64,000 bases of DNA from the human T2T-CHM13v2.0 reference genome, Homo sapiens: the NCBI RefSeq assembly GCF_009914755.1, contig NC_060935.1. One strand, 5' to 3'. Of the stretch, positions 14,317 to 32,198 are shown piece after piece. The translations under genes and the position numbers were made by a program. The notes beneath the pieces were generated by a model. The model was not told the DNA's origin, did no database searches, and saw nothing but the letters and a program-made list of their open reading frames with translations. Within the stretch, counting starts at the first letter, position 1. Each line of letters opens with the position of its first letter.

Positions 14317-16491
14317 CTATGAATAATTTTACGACTAGCATATATCAATATTTTTAGTAAATAAAACAGTAAAGGTGCATGCATTTTAGAAAAACAAATT
14401 TAAATGCTCCAGAGACTTCCCCGATGGGCCAAGCCCACCAGGGCCCTCTCTCCAGCCAGACCCAGCACCTGCCCACTGAAGGCAGCCTCTAAGCCTCCGA
14501 AGCTGAGGGCCTGACACCTCCATCCAAGCCTCTGTGTGTGACTGAGGGGGGAGAAACAGAGAGAAAAGAACCACTTCCTGCAGAGCTGGTGGTGGTGGCG
14601 GCTCTGAGGGAGGAGAGACACCCACCAGAGGTGAGGACTAGAGGCTCCTTCAGCAAATGTGAACGTGACTCAGGGGGCCACCCTGACTGACAGGGCAGTG
14701 TGGCCCTCACGGTGACCAGGGCTCAGCCGCACTGTCACTGCCATTAACCAAAAGCCGGTGATCACAGGCAGAAGAGGCCTGCGAGTGGGACATGCCCAGT
14801 GGGCCTTGTGGGGATGGAGCCGGTCCTGCTTTAGGGGACAGGGTCTGAAGCAAGAGCCAGCAGGTGGCCTCGACCCATGGATTCCCCTGCAGGTCTCCAG
14901 GGCCACACCCATGGCAGGGCCTCCAGATAGGATCCCACTGCTCTTTAAGGAATGTTTGGGCAGGTCCCCAACAGCCTGGAGGAAACCCCTTACCAAACCC
15001 CTTACAGCCACCAGCAAAGGAAAGCCAGGCTTCCAGGTAGAATCTGGATCCATGAGGTGGACTGTGTTCTATCCACTTTGTACTCAGGGTGCCCAGCCCA
15101 GGCCAGGTGCTTAGTACTCGCTTATTAAGCGAAAGGATGAATGAATGAATGAGCCATCCGCAAAGATGACCTATGTTACTACTTTGGAAAGAAATGTCTT
15201 CAACGTGAGCTGGGCTTCTCAGCGGGTGGAGGTGCAGCTGTGTTCCAAACAAAGAAGCTATTTTTAAAGAGAGAGAAGAGGGAAAGACTGAGCCGGGAAT
15301 GCCTGAGGCCTGGTTACTAGACAAGCCAGAGGACTCCTCCTCATCGTGCAGAGGAAGGGGGAGTCAGCTTCTGGGAAGAAGTGGGGCCCGCCTGGGGCAG
15401 TCTCACCAGAGGGAGGTGATGACAATATTGCTGGGCTTCAGTCTCCTGCCTTTAGAGGGTGAGGGCCAGTCCACAGGAGTTCAGATCATAAGGCCCAAGT
15501 CCCATTCTCCGCCAGCTCCCCGCCTGCCAGGTGAGGACACCAGTCAAGGACTTCTGTTAGACTGAGTCACTTGGGAGACTTAGCTCTCTTTGGGCACAGC
15601 TTGGTCCCCTGTGCATGTGGCCAGATGCCAGGGGGCTGGGCACTTCTGGGAGATGGGCCTCTCGGTGCATCAAGATGGCTTCACAGTGAGCGTGACTGTG
15701 AGGCTGTTGTGCCCCTCCTCCCTGATCTTCTGCCACGACCCTGGAGCCCACTTCAGTCACCACTGCCAAACCATCACCTTCCATCACACACACTCGGACT
15801 GTGGTCACACCCAGACCACCAGGATGGACACACAGAGCTGAAGACCCAACCCTTGGCAGACACCATAAAACAGCCCAGCTGGCTCCAGTGGGCGGGAACC
15901 CTGGTAGGAAGACATGGAAGCCATCTGCTCAGGTGTCCTCTTTCTGCAGGCCCAGAGAGAGAAGACTTGCTCAGGCTCAGGTCAGAATCCAATCCGGGAT
16001 CCGAAGCCAGGGCTCCAGGCCTCACGTACGGTGCACCACGGGGAGTTTTGGCGATAAAAGTCAGGGCTTCCCAAGAGGCCTGAATCAGCAGGAAGTGGTA
16101 GCAGCTTGCTCTACTGGGGCACAGTCCCCACTCCCCACCCACCAGACCCTCCATCGACCCTCATGCTCCCCATCTGGGAGTTGGGGCGGCCAGGGTTGCA
16201 ATTGTCCCTGACAGAGAAGAATTGTGCCCCAAATTCCAGAGGCCAGGAGGGAAACAGGATAAACCACAAGGCACCCACAGCGCCTTCAGGAGTCCTCCTG
16301 CCTCTAATTTGCTGTGTGACCTTGGGGAAGTCCCTTCCCTTCTCTGGGACTCATTTTCCTGATCCGCACGATAGAGTTTGGTCTCCAAGGTTTCATCTGA
16401 TCCTGAGAAGCTCTGAGTCCAAGCCTGGACACATTCTTACTGTGTCAGAGGCAAACACTCAGCCAAACTAGCTGGTCACTAAAAATAGAAA

Positions 16492-16796
16492 GGCTGGGCG
16501 CAGTGGCTCACGCCTGTAATCCCAGCACTTTGGGAGGCCGAGGAGGGTGGTTCACTTGAGGCCAGGAGTTTAAGACCAGCCTGTCCAACATGGTGAAACC
16601 CCATCTCTACTAAAAATACAAAAATTAGCCAGGCGTAGTGGTGCATACCTGTAATCCCAGCTACTCAGGAAGCTGAGGCAGGAGAATCACTTGAACCCAG
16701 GAAGCAGAGATTGCATTGAACCATGATCGTGCTACTGGACTCCAGCCTGGGTGACGGAGCAAGATTCTGTCTCAAAGAAAAATAAAAATACAAAAT
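16492..16796 (+). mobile_element. AluS
   Basis: Dimeric Alu; TSD AAAATAGAAA. Confidence 0.9.
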
Positions 16797-17329
16797 AAAA
16801 ATAGAAAGCCACTAAAATAAGGTGTGGGGTGGGCTAGGAATTTTTAGATACAGGCACCATTGTTATTTTTATTTTTACTAAATTTATTTCCCTTTTTTCA
16901 TATTTTGATTTCACTAAAAATAGTGAAAAAAGTTTCCACGCACAAAGCATTCTCAACAATGTTTTTGGCCAGATTGACAGCTGCAGCTCCCTCCATCCAT
17001 TTATTAATGGCTTTTTCTTTTTAAAAAATCTACTTCTGCCCATGAATCTGAAACACATTAACTGAACATTTGGGTCAAAATTTCTCATACATGCTACATC
17101 TTCCCTCTGGATGAAAAACTCCTGGGGAATGGGGATTATGTCTTCCATAGCTTTCTCCCCTCGTGTCCAGCCTGGCTTTAGGCCTGATAATGACTGCTGT
17201 CATCATTGTTGCTGTTATTGTTGATTTTCATTATAGAGCCTGAAGGAAACTTCAAATCGAATCCAACCTCCTCTCTTTACCAATGGGGAAATTGAACCCA
17301 AGAGAATAAACTGTATTTAGTCTAATATC

Positions 17330-20300
17330 AGATCCTTGGTGGAAAGGCTCAATATTGTAAACATGTTGATTCTACTTCAAATCAATCCAGAAATTCACTG
17401 AACTTTAAATCTAATGGGATTGGGGGGAGTTGGGGAGATCTGACAAATTTATTTGAAAATGAAGAAGGATAGCTAAGAAGTGTTAGAAGCAGACGAGTAA
17501 TGTCCTTTCCCATAATAAGATTATAGTTCAATCTAAAGATTTACACAATTTAAAACTGGGTATACCATTTTAGGAACAGATTAATTAATGGAAAAGAAGG
17601 AAGAATTCAGAAAAGGAAATTCATCTCATTTATTTTAAAATTCAATGATGTAGTGCTAATCCTAAGCAGTGGAAGGAAACCTGGAATTTTCAAAAAGTGA
17701 TGTTGAAGCAGCTGTTCTCTTTTTGGGGAAAACAAACTGAAAAATAAAAAACTTTAGAGTTAATTTTAAATAATTAAAACAAGTCACATCTCACACCTAC
17801 TCAAAAATAAAGTACAATTGGATTAAAGATTTGTGTAATAAAAAAAGACACTAGAAGAAAATATAGGGGAAAAATTTTTTATAACTTGAATGTGGAAAAT
17901 GTCTTTCTTAGCATAGTATAAAAACTAAAAATCCTGAAGAGAAAGAATCTGGACCCCATGAAAATTTAAAATGTATGAATAGTGGAAGATATCATAAAAA
18001 ATAAATAGTAGAAAACAAATGACAGTCTGGGAGAAAATATTTTCAACACATGCAACAGACTAAGGATTAATATCCATTATATATAAAGAGCACCTACAAA
18101 TCCACCAGGAAAGGACTGACAACCCCCACCAAAACAGGTAAAGAATATGAATAGATAACCAATGAAGAAACACAAATGTTTTGTGGATGCAAAACATATT
18201 TAAAAAGTGTTCAATCTCTCTACTAATTAAAGTAATAAAAATTTAAAACTCATGATATTTTATACCTACCATATTAGTAAAAGTCAAAAAATATTGGTAA
18301 CATTCAGAATTGAGGACGTGGAAGGTAATCAAAGCTTTTCTTCCTTGACAGTAATAATGTCAATGGTTCAGCTTTCTTAAAAGAACAACTTGGGCATTAT
18401 CTTTCAATATTTTTAAATGTTCATATCCATGCAGCAGCATCATATCTGGAAATCCATCCTACAAGATACTAAACACAGGTGCCTAAAGACATGTTTGCTG
18501 TGCTCTCCTTGTAACAGGCAGACAAATTGTTGATGAATGATAAAGAAGGATAAAATAAATCATGGTAGTCCCAGCTACTCGGGAGGCTGAGGTGGGAGGA
18601 TTGCTTGAGGCCAGGAGTTTGAGCCCAGCTTGGGCAACATAGCAAGACCCCCATCTCAAAAAAAAATTATTGCACATTCATGTTATGGATGGCTGTGCAG
18701 ATATTAAAGAGAATGACATAAATCTGCCTGTATCAACATGGAAAGTCACACACAATTTATTGGAAAGTGGAAAAAAAGAAATAATTATATAATAATCAGT
18801 ATAATATTATCCCATTTCCATTTTGTAAAACAAATAAATAAATAAAGATTCAGATCAAATTTTTAGTGGTGGTTACAGCTGAGGAGTGGGGTCGGTGGGA
18901 GTGATAGGAAGATGGAATGTTGCTATTTAAAAATGTATGTTGGTCAAATTGAAAAAAAATAAAAGATATCCTTCACATATTTCAATAATGAAAAAAGCAA
19001 GAAATAAGATAAAATAAAATAAATGTAAGTTGGTGCTCTTTGAATGCGTCTTGATGATATCTGCAGTTTTGCACATACATATACTGTGTGTGTGTGTGTG
19101 TGTGTGTGTGCACACGCCTATATAATTAACAAAGAAACATATCCTCACTGGCCCTGTGCAAAGCTGTTACAATATTTATTTTAGGAATGAGGAAACAGTC
19201 CTGAGTTCTATCACTTGCCCAAGAAACTCACATGCTGTGAGTGACTACAAAGGAATTCCAGTCCCAGCCTGAACTGAAAGCCAGGGAGGACCCTTCCCTG
19301 CCAACTCGCCTGCCCTAAGCACAGAGCGTGGCTGTGCGAATTGCAGACTTGGTGGATGACGGCTGTGGGGAGTTAGAGGTAGGAAGTGATCATGCATTGT
19401 TTCTCCAAATGCTGTATTTAATAATATTTCAGATAATCAAAACTACTGTAGTCAACTGGGGAAGTATAGAATTGTTAAGAAGCAGGAAAAAAAATACCAA
19501 CCCCCCAGAGACAATTACCATTAGTATTTTGGGATATTTCTTCCAATATTTTAATTGCGTTTATAAACATGGTTCATATTACATTGTAGGTGTGATTTTG
19601 CATCTCTCTTTGAAAACAACACTGTATCAGATTCATTTTCTTTTGTCATTAAAGTCTTCATAAACAACAAAATTTAAAAAGAGATCAATATTTTAAATAG
19701 CAGTAGTTTACTTACTATCTAATTTCATCCTGCTTACCTACCACCCACCCAAACCCAACCAGCAGAGCACCCAACTGTCCCATCTAAGATAAAATATACT
19801 CGGTACATATTCTGCACCAAGCAGAGAGGTGACTAAGACACGCTGTACCTCATAGCACACAGCAAAATTAACTCTGGGTGGATTAAAGAGCTAAAGGAAA
19901 AAAAAATCACAGAAAGACTTGAAAAAAGTTGATGAGAGTATTTATCAAACCTCTGTGTGGGGGAGGACTTTCTAACCCTAAAGCTATGGGAGAAACCACA
20001 AAAAAAAGATCACTAGATTTGGCTACCTAACATTTTGATACCCTGTAAACAACCTGAACAAAAAAGGTCAAATAGCAAGTGGGGTAAAATCTTTGCAACA
20101 AACATAAAAAAGATTAGTAGCCATCATAAATAAAGAGCTCATACAAATCAATATAAATCACCCACTGAGACCCAAATGCCTAACTGGGGAAAGGCTTAGG
20201 AGTGTGCTATCCAATATAGTAGCCACTAGCCACATGTGGCTATTTAAATTTAAATTAATTTAGGATTTAAATTAAAATCTTAGGTAAATTAAATTAAAAT

Positions 20301-21130
20301 CAAGTTTAAATTAAAACCTTAGGTAAATTAAGTCTAAATTTAAATAAAATTAAATTTAAATTTTACTCAGTTATCTAGCCATATTTCAAGTACTCAATGG
20401 ACACATTTGGCTGGTTGCTGCTGGACAGGCAGATATAGGCCACGTGGACCCTATTAAACAGGAAGATACAGGCCATTTCTATCATTGCAGAAAGCTTGAT
20501 TGGAAAGCACTGCTTTAGACAGTGCGCAAAAGAAGACTCACCAGTGACCAATAAACACATTTAGAAATTCAGCTTCATTAGAAATAAAAGGAGTGCAAAC
20601 TAAAACAAGGTCACATATTCATCTAGTTAGGAGTAAACAGGGTATTGCTAATTGAAGAGTAAAGAGTTACGGACCATCTGGAAAATAATTTGGCAATATA
20701 AGTTAAGAACTGTAAAAACCCTCAACCCAGCAATTCAGTTCCTGGGAATATGCGCAGCCTAAAGAAATTGTCAGAAATACACAAACCATTTTGTGCAGAA
20801 ACGTATTGATTCCTAAATTATTTATTATTTCAGAGAGCCGCAGCCTGAAAGCCCAACCTCAGGGAAGTGATTACACCCATCAAGACCGACCACTCAATGG
20901 ACGGACAAACCATCAATAAACATTATGTTTTGCCAAGAGGAACTAATGACTTGGGAAATACATACAAAAATAAATTTAAAAAACACCACATTCGAAACTG
21001 AAAGGTTAGGATAACATCAACTATAAAAATATGAAGACTATGCACAAGAAACTGCCAATTGCCAGAATAAATATCACTGGGTGATAGGATTCTGAATATT
21101 CTTTATGCTGTTCAGTAATTCCTGAATTTT
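17330..21130 (+). mobile_element. Cluster of old, degraded L1M fragments, with an Alu monomer (18561-18667), (TG)13 (19085-19110) and MER33 inside
   Basis: A-rich sequence with decayed ORF2/3' end motifs (e.g. TGGATTAAAGA, CAACCCAGCAATTC). Boundaries are approximate. Confidence 0.6.
20204..20512 (-). mobile_element. MER33-like hAT-Charlie element
   Basis: GTAGCCACTAGCCACATGTGGCTA, AT-rich core, ...ATTGGAAAGCACTG end. Confidence 0.7.
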
Positions 21131-21495
21131 TAACAAAGGTCATTTTCTGGTTTTATACAAAACTAGAAAGGTCACTAAAAATTCACAGGAGAGATAACCT
21201 AGTGATTAAGAGCAGGGATCTAAGCTGGCTGAGCCTTCGACGCCAATCCCCTGTTGCTCCCTGGCTCTCAGACCTCAGATGAGGTCAGCTCGGCTTCCTT
21301 GTCTGCAAAATTAATAACCACACCTGCCTCATAAGGTTTCTCAAGAACTGAGCAAGATGGTGCCTGCACAGTGCTGGGTAGAGTCTGTGCACATGAGCCC
21401 AGAACATACGTGAGGACTGCTGTTTGTATTAACATGGGAAATGCTTATGTTACTCTGTTGTCGCGTGACAAACCAGGACCCAGAATCTTCTATAG

Positions 21496-21820
<325 letters not shown>

Positions 21821-22145
21821 ACAACATGTGCTTTTTCAAAAGTCCACAAAGACCAGGAGCTACTCCAAACTGCTGATGGCAGTTTGGGGAGATGGGAATA
21901 AATTTCCTCTCTTTGCTTAAAGAAGCATGAAAATATCTTTCTGTGCTTTCCAAATTGTCTCCAATGAGCATGCTATCTTCACAATGAAGGGGGGAAAAGC
22001 TTTATAAAGATAGAGAAAAGCTGAAATAAATAAAGGTTTAACTGGTTGTGCTGAGGAGGTCATCAGCTGGCACGCAACTGAGGCACACAGCCTCTGCAGC
22101 TGGTGGTTACTGGGGAGACCTCTGCCTTGTGGGATTCTGAGCTGA

Positions 22146-22453
<308 letters not shown>

Positions 22454-24039
22454 CATTTAATTTTTTTCTACATATTTTATGTATTTCCAAACTGTACAAG
22501 AGGTAGTAAATATTATTTTTCCCAACCAGAAGAAAAGACGTAGTTAAGAAAACTAAAGAAAACCTGGCCCTCTGCGTTGGGACTGGTGAGAGGGACGAAG
22601 GTAGATGGAAACAAGAACTGAGGGGCAGGGTGGGGGTGAGTGTTAGCACAGGGGCCCACCCTGCTGAGCCTGCGGGTGGGGCTGCAAAGCAAAGGCCTCC
22701 GAGCCTCCCCCTGCTCCACTCTGAGCCTTGTCTCCTCATCCACGCACAAGCCCAGGCCCAGCACAGCCGCAGACACGCCAAGGTGATGGGGGGCAGACTA
22801 CCTGGACTGAGAAAGGGTTCTTTTTTATTTTCTAACCTTCCAATAAAACATCTGTGAATTTTTTCACTGTCAGATCAAATAAGAAAGGAACTTGCGTTTT
22901 GCAGTGCGTAGAGCTGATAACAGATCTATTGCATTTCTGAAATGTACAGAAGTTTTTTCCTCTTGAGAACCTGGGAGTAGTCGTCCCCACCCTGTCCCCA
23001 AAGCTGGGCCTAGTCATGACAAGCACTCCAAAACCCACAGGTCCCAGGTCCCCATACACCTGGGAAACAAAAGCATCTAACATCAAAAAGGACCACGGCC
23101 ATAAGGAGGAAGAAACACCTTCTCAGGGTGAGGCTCGCCCACCCCCCTCTCTGCCAGGCCAGGCTTTGCTGTGTCCAATCCCCTCTCCTCATCTCTGAAC
23201 TCCTCAAATTCCTGGGAGAGACGAAGCCTGTGAGGCCTTTTTGTCCACTAAAAGTAGGGGGCCAGTGGGACTTAGTGTCAGATCGGTTTTGCTGGTCATA
23301 CTTCTGAGGTGCTGAATTTAGAATTTTGGTTGACATGAATGGGCTGTTCCTGGAGTCAAAGAAGCCTGTGGTGATGCAAAAAGAGATCAGGAAAATCCAA
23401 AGGAACAGGATAGTTTTGTGGGACACTCAGGGACTCTGGGGTCAGACAACAGAACCATCCACTCTGGGCCACAGCTATAATGCACGGACAAGAACCCATG
23501 CTTGTAGGATGGCAGTGTGCAGTAGGTTACACGGCTGCTGCATGAAAATTACTAGAATTAACCCTCTCTGGCCCCTTCTGTTGTTCCCACAGCAACAGGG
23601 AAGGTTGAGGAATAACAGGATGAAAGGACCCGGGATCCAGAACCTTAAGTCTGGACCAGCTATGTGGGCCTGTGTCAGTCACTTGACCCTGGGGGGACTC
23701 AGCTTTCTTCTCTATATAACGGATTCATTTCAGCTCCAACTATTGAATCAAACAAGCCCCAGCACCCTACCTGAGGCTCCTCAGAACAGAGGCATCCTCA
23801 CCTCATTGCAGGAGCTGGGAAGACGAAAGAAATGCTATAATCTCTAGCAGAACAAGTAACTGCACAAGGAGCTCAGCAATGAAGACACAAAGCACAAACC
23901 CCAGGTCACCAAGCCGCGGTCTCCGAAGTGGGGAGAACTTGCATTCTCTGCAGCTAAACCTGGCAAACCAACAAAATATGAAACCACACTTCCAGGCAGA
24001 CCCGCCTTGTACTGCACCAGAGCTTCTAGAGCCTTTTTT

Positions 24040-24352
24040 TTTCCTTTTCTTTTCTTTTTTTCTTTTTCTTTTTTTTTTTTTTCTTTTGAGACGGAGTCTC
24101 GCTCTGTTGCCATGCTGGAGTGCAGTGGCGCAATCTTGGCTCACTGCAACTTCACCTCCCAGGTTCACGCCATTCTCCTGCCTCAGCCTCACGAGTAGCT
24201 GGGACTACAGGCGCTCACCACCATGCCCAGCTAATTTTTGTATTTTTAGTGGAGACAGGGTTTCACCACAGCCAGGATGGTCTCGATCTCCTGACCTCGC
24301 GATCCGCCTGCCTCAGCCTCCCAAAGTGTTGAGATTACAGGCATGAGCCCAG
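24040..24352 (-). mobile_element. Alu (Y/Sc-like)
   Basis: Reverse Alu; TSD TAGAGCCTTTTTT. Confidence 0.88.
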
Positions 24353-27300
24353 CATAGAGCCTTTTTTAGGGGCATGGGAGGCACTGAGGTGCAGACTAAA
24401 GGTGCGGGCCTTCTCCCCAGAAAAACACACAAATGACCACCCATGGTGTCAGGCAGCTTGTGGAACACTGAAGGACAAACATGGATCCCAAGGTCAGGAC
24501 GCCTGTTCCACCCAGGGCTCAGTGTGCCCCTAGACAACTTCCTATGCCAGGGGCACCCTCAGAGGAGCCAGAAACCAGACTAGAGCCCCAGTAGCTCTCA
24601 ATGAAGTGCCTGGAGAGGGAGCTCTGTCCCCAGCTCTGGGGCCCACGTGTCGTTCTGGCTACCTTGAGAAGCTGGGAGTAGAACCTCCTCCCCGCTCCCT
24701 GGGATTCCCAAACTCTGGCCAGAAGAAAGGGAGCTCATTAGCTGGGCCCCACAGGCCTCCCTTTAGATTCACTCACAACTGGGGGGCAGTGAATAACAGG
24801 ACCTCAAAAAAGGAGTTCTCTGTCCCAAAGCCTTTGAGGGTCTCTTGGGCTGAAAGATCCCATTTCCAGGGGTGGCTGCTCCGTGGCATGCCCGACTCTG
24901 GACCTCAACATAGAGAAGCCTCTCTGATCCCCGACATCAGCCCTTGTCCCCAGCATGCAGCCTCCCTCTTTGGGATCCAGATGCTGGAAGGACTTCAGCT
25001 AAGCTCTGGACCCCACAGGAGAAATCTTCATTTGCGCTTTAAGTAACCCATTTTCTCCACACATCCTGTATCAGAAATTGTCCTGGAACCTGACTGGACA
25101 CGCTCTGTCCGCACTGTGTATTAGCGGGGTCTGGAGAGGAATGGGCTCTCGGGATTACAGAATTTGAGACTTCTCACTTTTCTATCTAACCCCTTTGTCA
25201 GAGGGGAAAGTCAGAAGGGAGCTTAGACTCCAGAAAAGATGGAGGAAGAAGGAGCAGGCCATACCTCAATGCAGAGAGGGAACCGAGGAGGTCTTCCTGG
25301 GGGAGGAAGCCTTGGCAGGGCCTGGCTGAGGGTGAGAGCGGAGGCAGGGCCAGGTCCAGCTTCCTTCCGCCCCCCACACTCTTTCCCACACCCTACCCAG
25401 ACCTCACCCATGGGCGTGTTGCCCAGCATCAAGCCCGGGGCTTCCTGCCCAATGCCTGTCTCATCCAGGGACCTCGGCAGCCCTGCACACTGGTCAGATA
25501 AACCTCACAGGGGCACAGAGAGCAGGCACTGAGAGTGGCCCCCTGGAGGGCAGGATCCAGCCCCCACAGAAACACACAGCCCAGTAAAGGGGCTCCCCTG
25601 CAGCCCCCTTCCTGCCGGGCAAGGCCACAGGCAGGGTGTGGCTTGTATGCCATGGGGCACGCTTTACTTTCCAGCCTGGTACACACGCGGCAGAGTGGTC
25701 TTGGTACAGAATCAAAGGAACGACACTCCGAGGTCACAGATTACCCGGCTGGTGCCATCTGCTTCTGACAGTTGGATTGCGTTTTTCACAGTTACAAATC
25801 ACGTCCCTTCAGGAATATCGGGAGGGGACCTGTGTTCCTAGGCACACACTCATCCCAAGCTGCCCTCCTTGGCAGAGCACGTGGGGAAGTGGGTGAGTAG
25901 TGAATGTTCCTGCCAGATGCTGGCCTCTGCTCTACCTACCTCACGCCATTTAATCTTCATGACAATCTGATGAGGCAGGTACTAGTGTTATTCCCATCTT
26001 TCAGAGGAGCTTGCACAGCTGGTGATTGACAGAAAAGAAAAAGGGGCTCTAGAAACCCATTTTAACCCCCTGTCCCTGCCAGGGAGGCTGCCCTGAGAAC
26101 CAGTCTGTCCTGGGACCCCCTGCTGACCCTCATCACCTAGTCTCCCTGCCATCCCACCCTGTCCTGCAGAGAGGTTAGGACGCAGGAGCTGTGGGTTCCC
26201 ACCAGCCCAACCCTTCTTGCTGAGCATCCTGGGGAAGCCCCCTAACGTTGCTGGACCGCCATGCTCCTGTGTGTAGGGCCCCACGGCCTCAGAGTTGGGT
26301 ATGTCCTAACAGAAGTTGACCTCGTAGAGGACAACGCCTGATCGAGCGGAGGGTATCCTCTCAGCGGGAGAATCAGGAGCCCTGGGTCCCTGTTGGTTCC
26401 TTAACTTGCTGTGTGATCATGGGCAGGGCGCTTCACCTCTCTGAAAGATGGGGCAAATGTCATCTTCGCTGTCTTCCTCCTCCGGTTGTTATGAAGATCA
26501 GGTTGATCTCAGTGATGAATGTGAAAGTGCCATGCTCAGTGAAGATGACTCGAGGCAGACACAGGCAGGGGTTGTTACTGACAATGGTGACCACAACCCT
26601 TGCCCTGCCCGGGAGCAGGGACCCTCCCCTGCTTTGCAGATGAAGTAAAGTGAGGCTCTAGGGAAAGCAGGTTTCCACTCCAAAAACATCAGAGACTTGT
26701 TTTGCCTTTAAATCCTTCACAGAGGGAGACTCAAATCCCAGACTACAAGTTCCCTGCAAGGGGACAGAAAGGATCTCCAGGGCCTCAGATCTCCCCTGGA
26801 TTTACCAGGCAACTGGAACGAGGTATAAACAGCCAAGGACTTAGTATCCGGAGATGCAAGTGCAGGCTCTGCCTCTGTTTCTGTTTCACTGGGGATGTCG
26901 TAGTCAGTTTCCTCGTTGATTGCGCGGGGACGGGGCACCTGTCTGCTTGACAGCGCTGTCAGGGACATGAAGTGCGATGCTTCCGTGCAAATGCTTTGTA
27001 AAGTGCAGTGCTCCAAGAGAGGCATTAAGAGTGTCCAAACCATACACCACCCAGGCCACCTCGAGGCCACTCTACAATTGGGAAAGCACCTGCCTCTGTA
27101 ATTGTGGCTTTGTGTGTTTCACACCCTCCTTGGTCTCCAGCTCTCTGAGAAAAAGTCCTGTTTACTCTGTGATATGCAGGTATCTGCGGGTGGCAGCAGA
27201 GCTTCAAGCTTAAAAGATGTAGACTTTGTATGACCAAATGCCTGTCGTGGTTGAATGTGGAAATAAATGGTGGTACAGTCACACAACAGAATACTATACA

Positions 27301-27553
27301 GCAATGAAAAAGAACAAGCTCCTATACACAATAACATGGATGAATCGTCCAAGAATAATGAGTGAAAAAAATTGAAACACAAAAGGTATAAACTTTGTGA
27401 TACATTTAAAGTTCAAAGAAAAGGGCCAGGCACGGTGGCTCACACCTGTAATCCTAGCACTTTGGGAGGCTGAGGCAGATGGAGCACTTGAGGCTAGGAG
27501 TTCAAGACCGGCCTAGCCAACAAGACGAAACCCCGTCTCTACTAAAAAAATAA

Positions 27554-29763
<2,210 letters not shown>

Positions 29764-30300
29764 TCAAAATAATAAATAAATAAAATAAAGTTCAAAGAAA
29801 AGGCAAAGCCAATCTATGATGACAGAAGTCAGGACAGTGGATACTTGGGTAGGGAGCAGTGCGGGGCAGTGGGGAGCCTCCCAGGTGCTGGTTACACCAG
29901 CACGTGCAGTGTGTGAAGTTACATTTATAACACACTGCATGTACTGTGCTGTGTGTATCCCATATATAAGTAAAAAGTTGTTGTTGTTTTAAATTAAGCA
30001 TCTGGGTTCCAGCCCAGCTTTACCACCTGGATGGTGTATAATCTCAGGCTAATTAAACTCTCTGAGTATCTACTCACTCTTCTGCAAAATAGAATAAAAA
30101 TGATATCTGCCCCAAATGCTTCCAAATGTCAATGATTCAAAATTTCCATTCACGTTTACCTTATCCAAGTACCAAATATTATTTTTACTTAATATTTTTC
30201 CTTTAAATCAACTCACTAGTTAATCTAAAAATGAAATGTATAAACCATGAATCTGGTGAGCTAGTTATCTATTTTCAGTATATAAATTAATATAAAGTAA

Positions 30301-30660
<360 letters not shown>

Positions 30661-30754
30661 AAGGTGTCATACTCACTCTGGGGAAAAAAACTAAGATAAT
30701 GTAATTACATAGAGTCCCTAGCACTGTGTAAGCCCTTAGTAAATGGTAGCTATT

Positions 30755-30905
30755 ATCACCACCATCATCATCATCATCGACTTCATCAACATTACTGACA
30801 TCATCATCACCATCATCTTCATCATTTCATCATCACCATCAGCATCATTACTGCCATTATCATCATTCTCATCATTGACATGATCATCACTATCATCATC
30901 ACCAC
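30755..30905. repeat. Degenerate (CAT)n repeat
   Basis: Directly visible. Confidence 0.9.
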
Positions 30906-31700
30906 ATATAACACCAATAAGTATTTGTTTCCAGATCATCCCACAGGGTCAACCCAACATGGCCCTGGCCTCAGAAGAGCTTACAGAATTAGGAACATAT
31001 AACCCATGCTGAAGTGTTGGGGCTTGCTGGGACACATATCGAGGTGAGCGCTCCACATCGGTGTGGATGGGGTAGAAGTTGTTGAGCTATGCCCTCCCAC
31101 CCTCCACACCAGACCAGAACCGACTCTCTCCAGATTGCCTTGGGGACCTGCCTCTTGCCACAGGCCAAGGCTGACTGCACCTGGACCCATCCCCTCATCT
31201 CTCAGAACTTCAGTCTCCTCATCTCTGAAACAAGGCTGGTGACCTCAGCTCCTCCAAACCTCCCAGCAATGGGCAAAGGGAAGGACCCGCCATCAAAGAC
31301 AAACAGAAGTCACTCGAGGAATGTCCTGGACATTCAGTAAATGATCACAAACATGTCTCACTTTTATATCAAATTTGTCCCCCAAGGTGGAGTCCTGGAC
31401 ACTCACTAATGATCACAAACATGTCTTATTCTTATATCAAACCTGTCCCTCGAGGTGGACCTGGACCTCTTCCACACTGACAGTCACAGGGCACCTAGAG
31501 TGCCCATCATGGAACAGAAAAATCCTGATCCCTAAAGTAGTTATAAACCTACTCAAGTGTGTCCCTCTTTAAGTAAACTCAGCCAATCAGTATTCAGATC
31601 TACTAGAAGTAAGTTGGGATGGAGGTAACTAATTCAATTTTTACAGTGTGCTTTTAGTATTTAAAATGGTCATAATCCTTGATTCAAATAATTCTAATTA

Positions 31701-32198
<498 letters not shown>

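Noticed and set aside
20243-20365. AT-rich quasi-palindromic tract
   Set aside because: Expanded internal part of the MER33-like element
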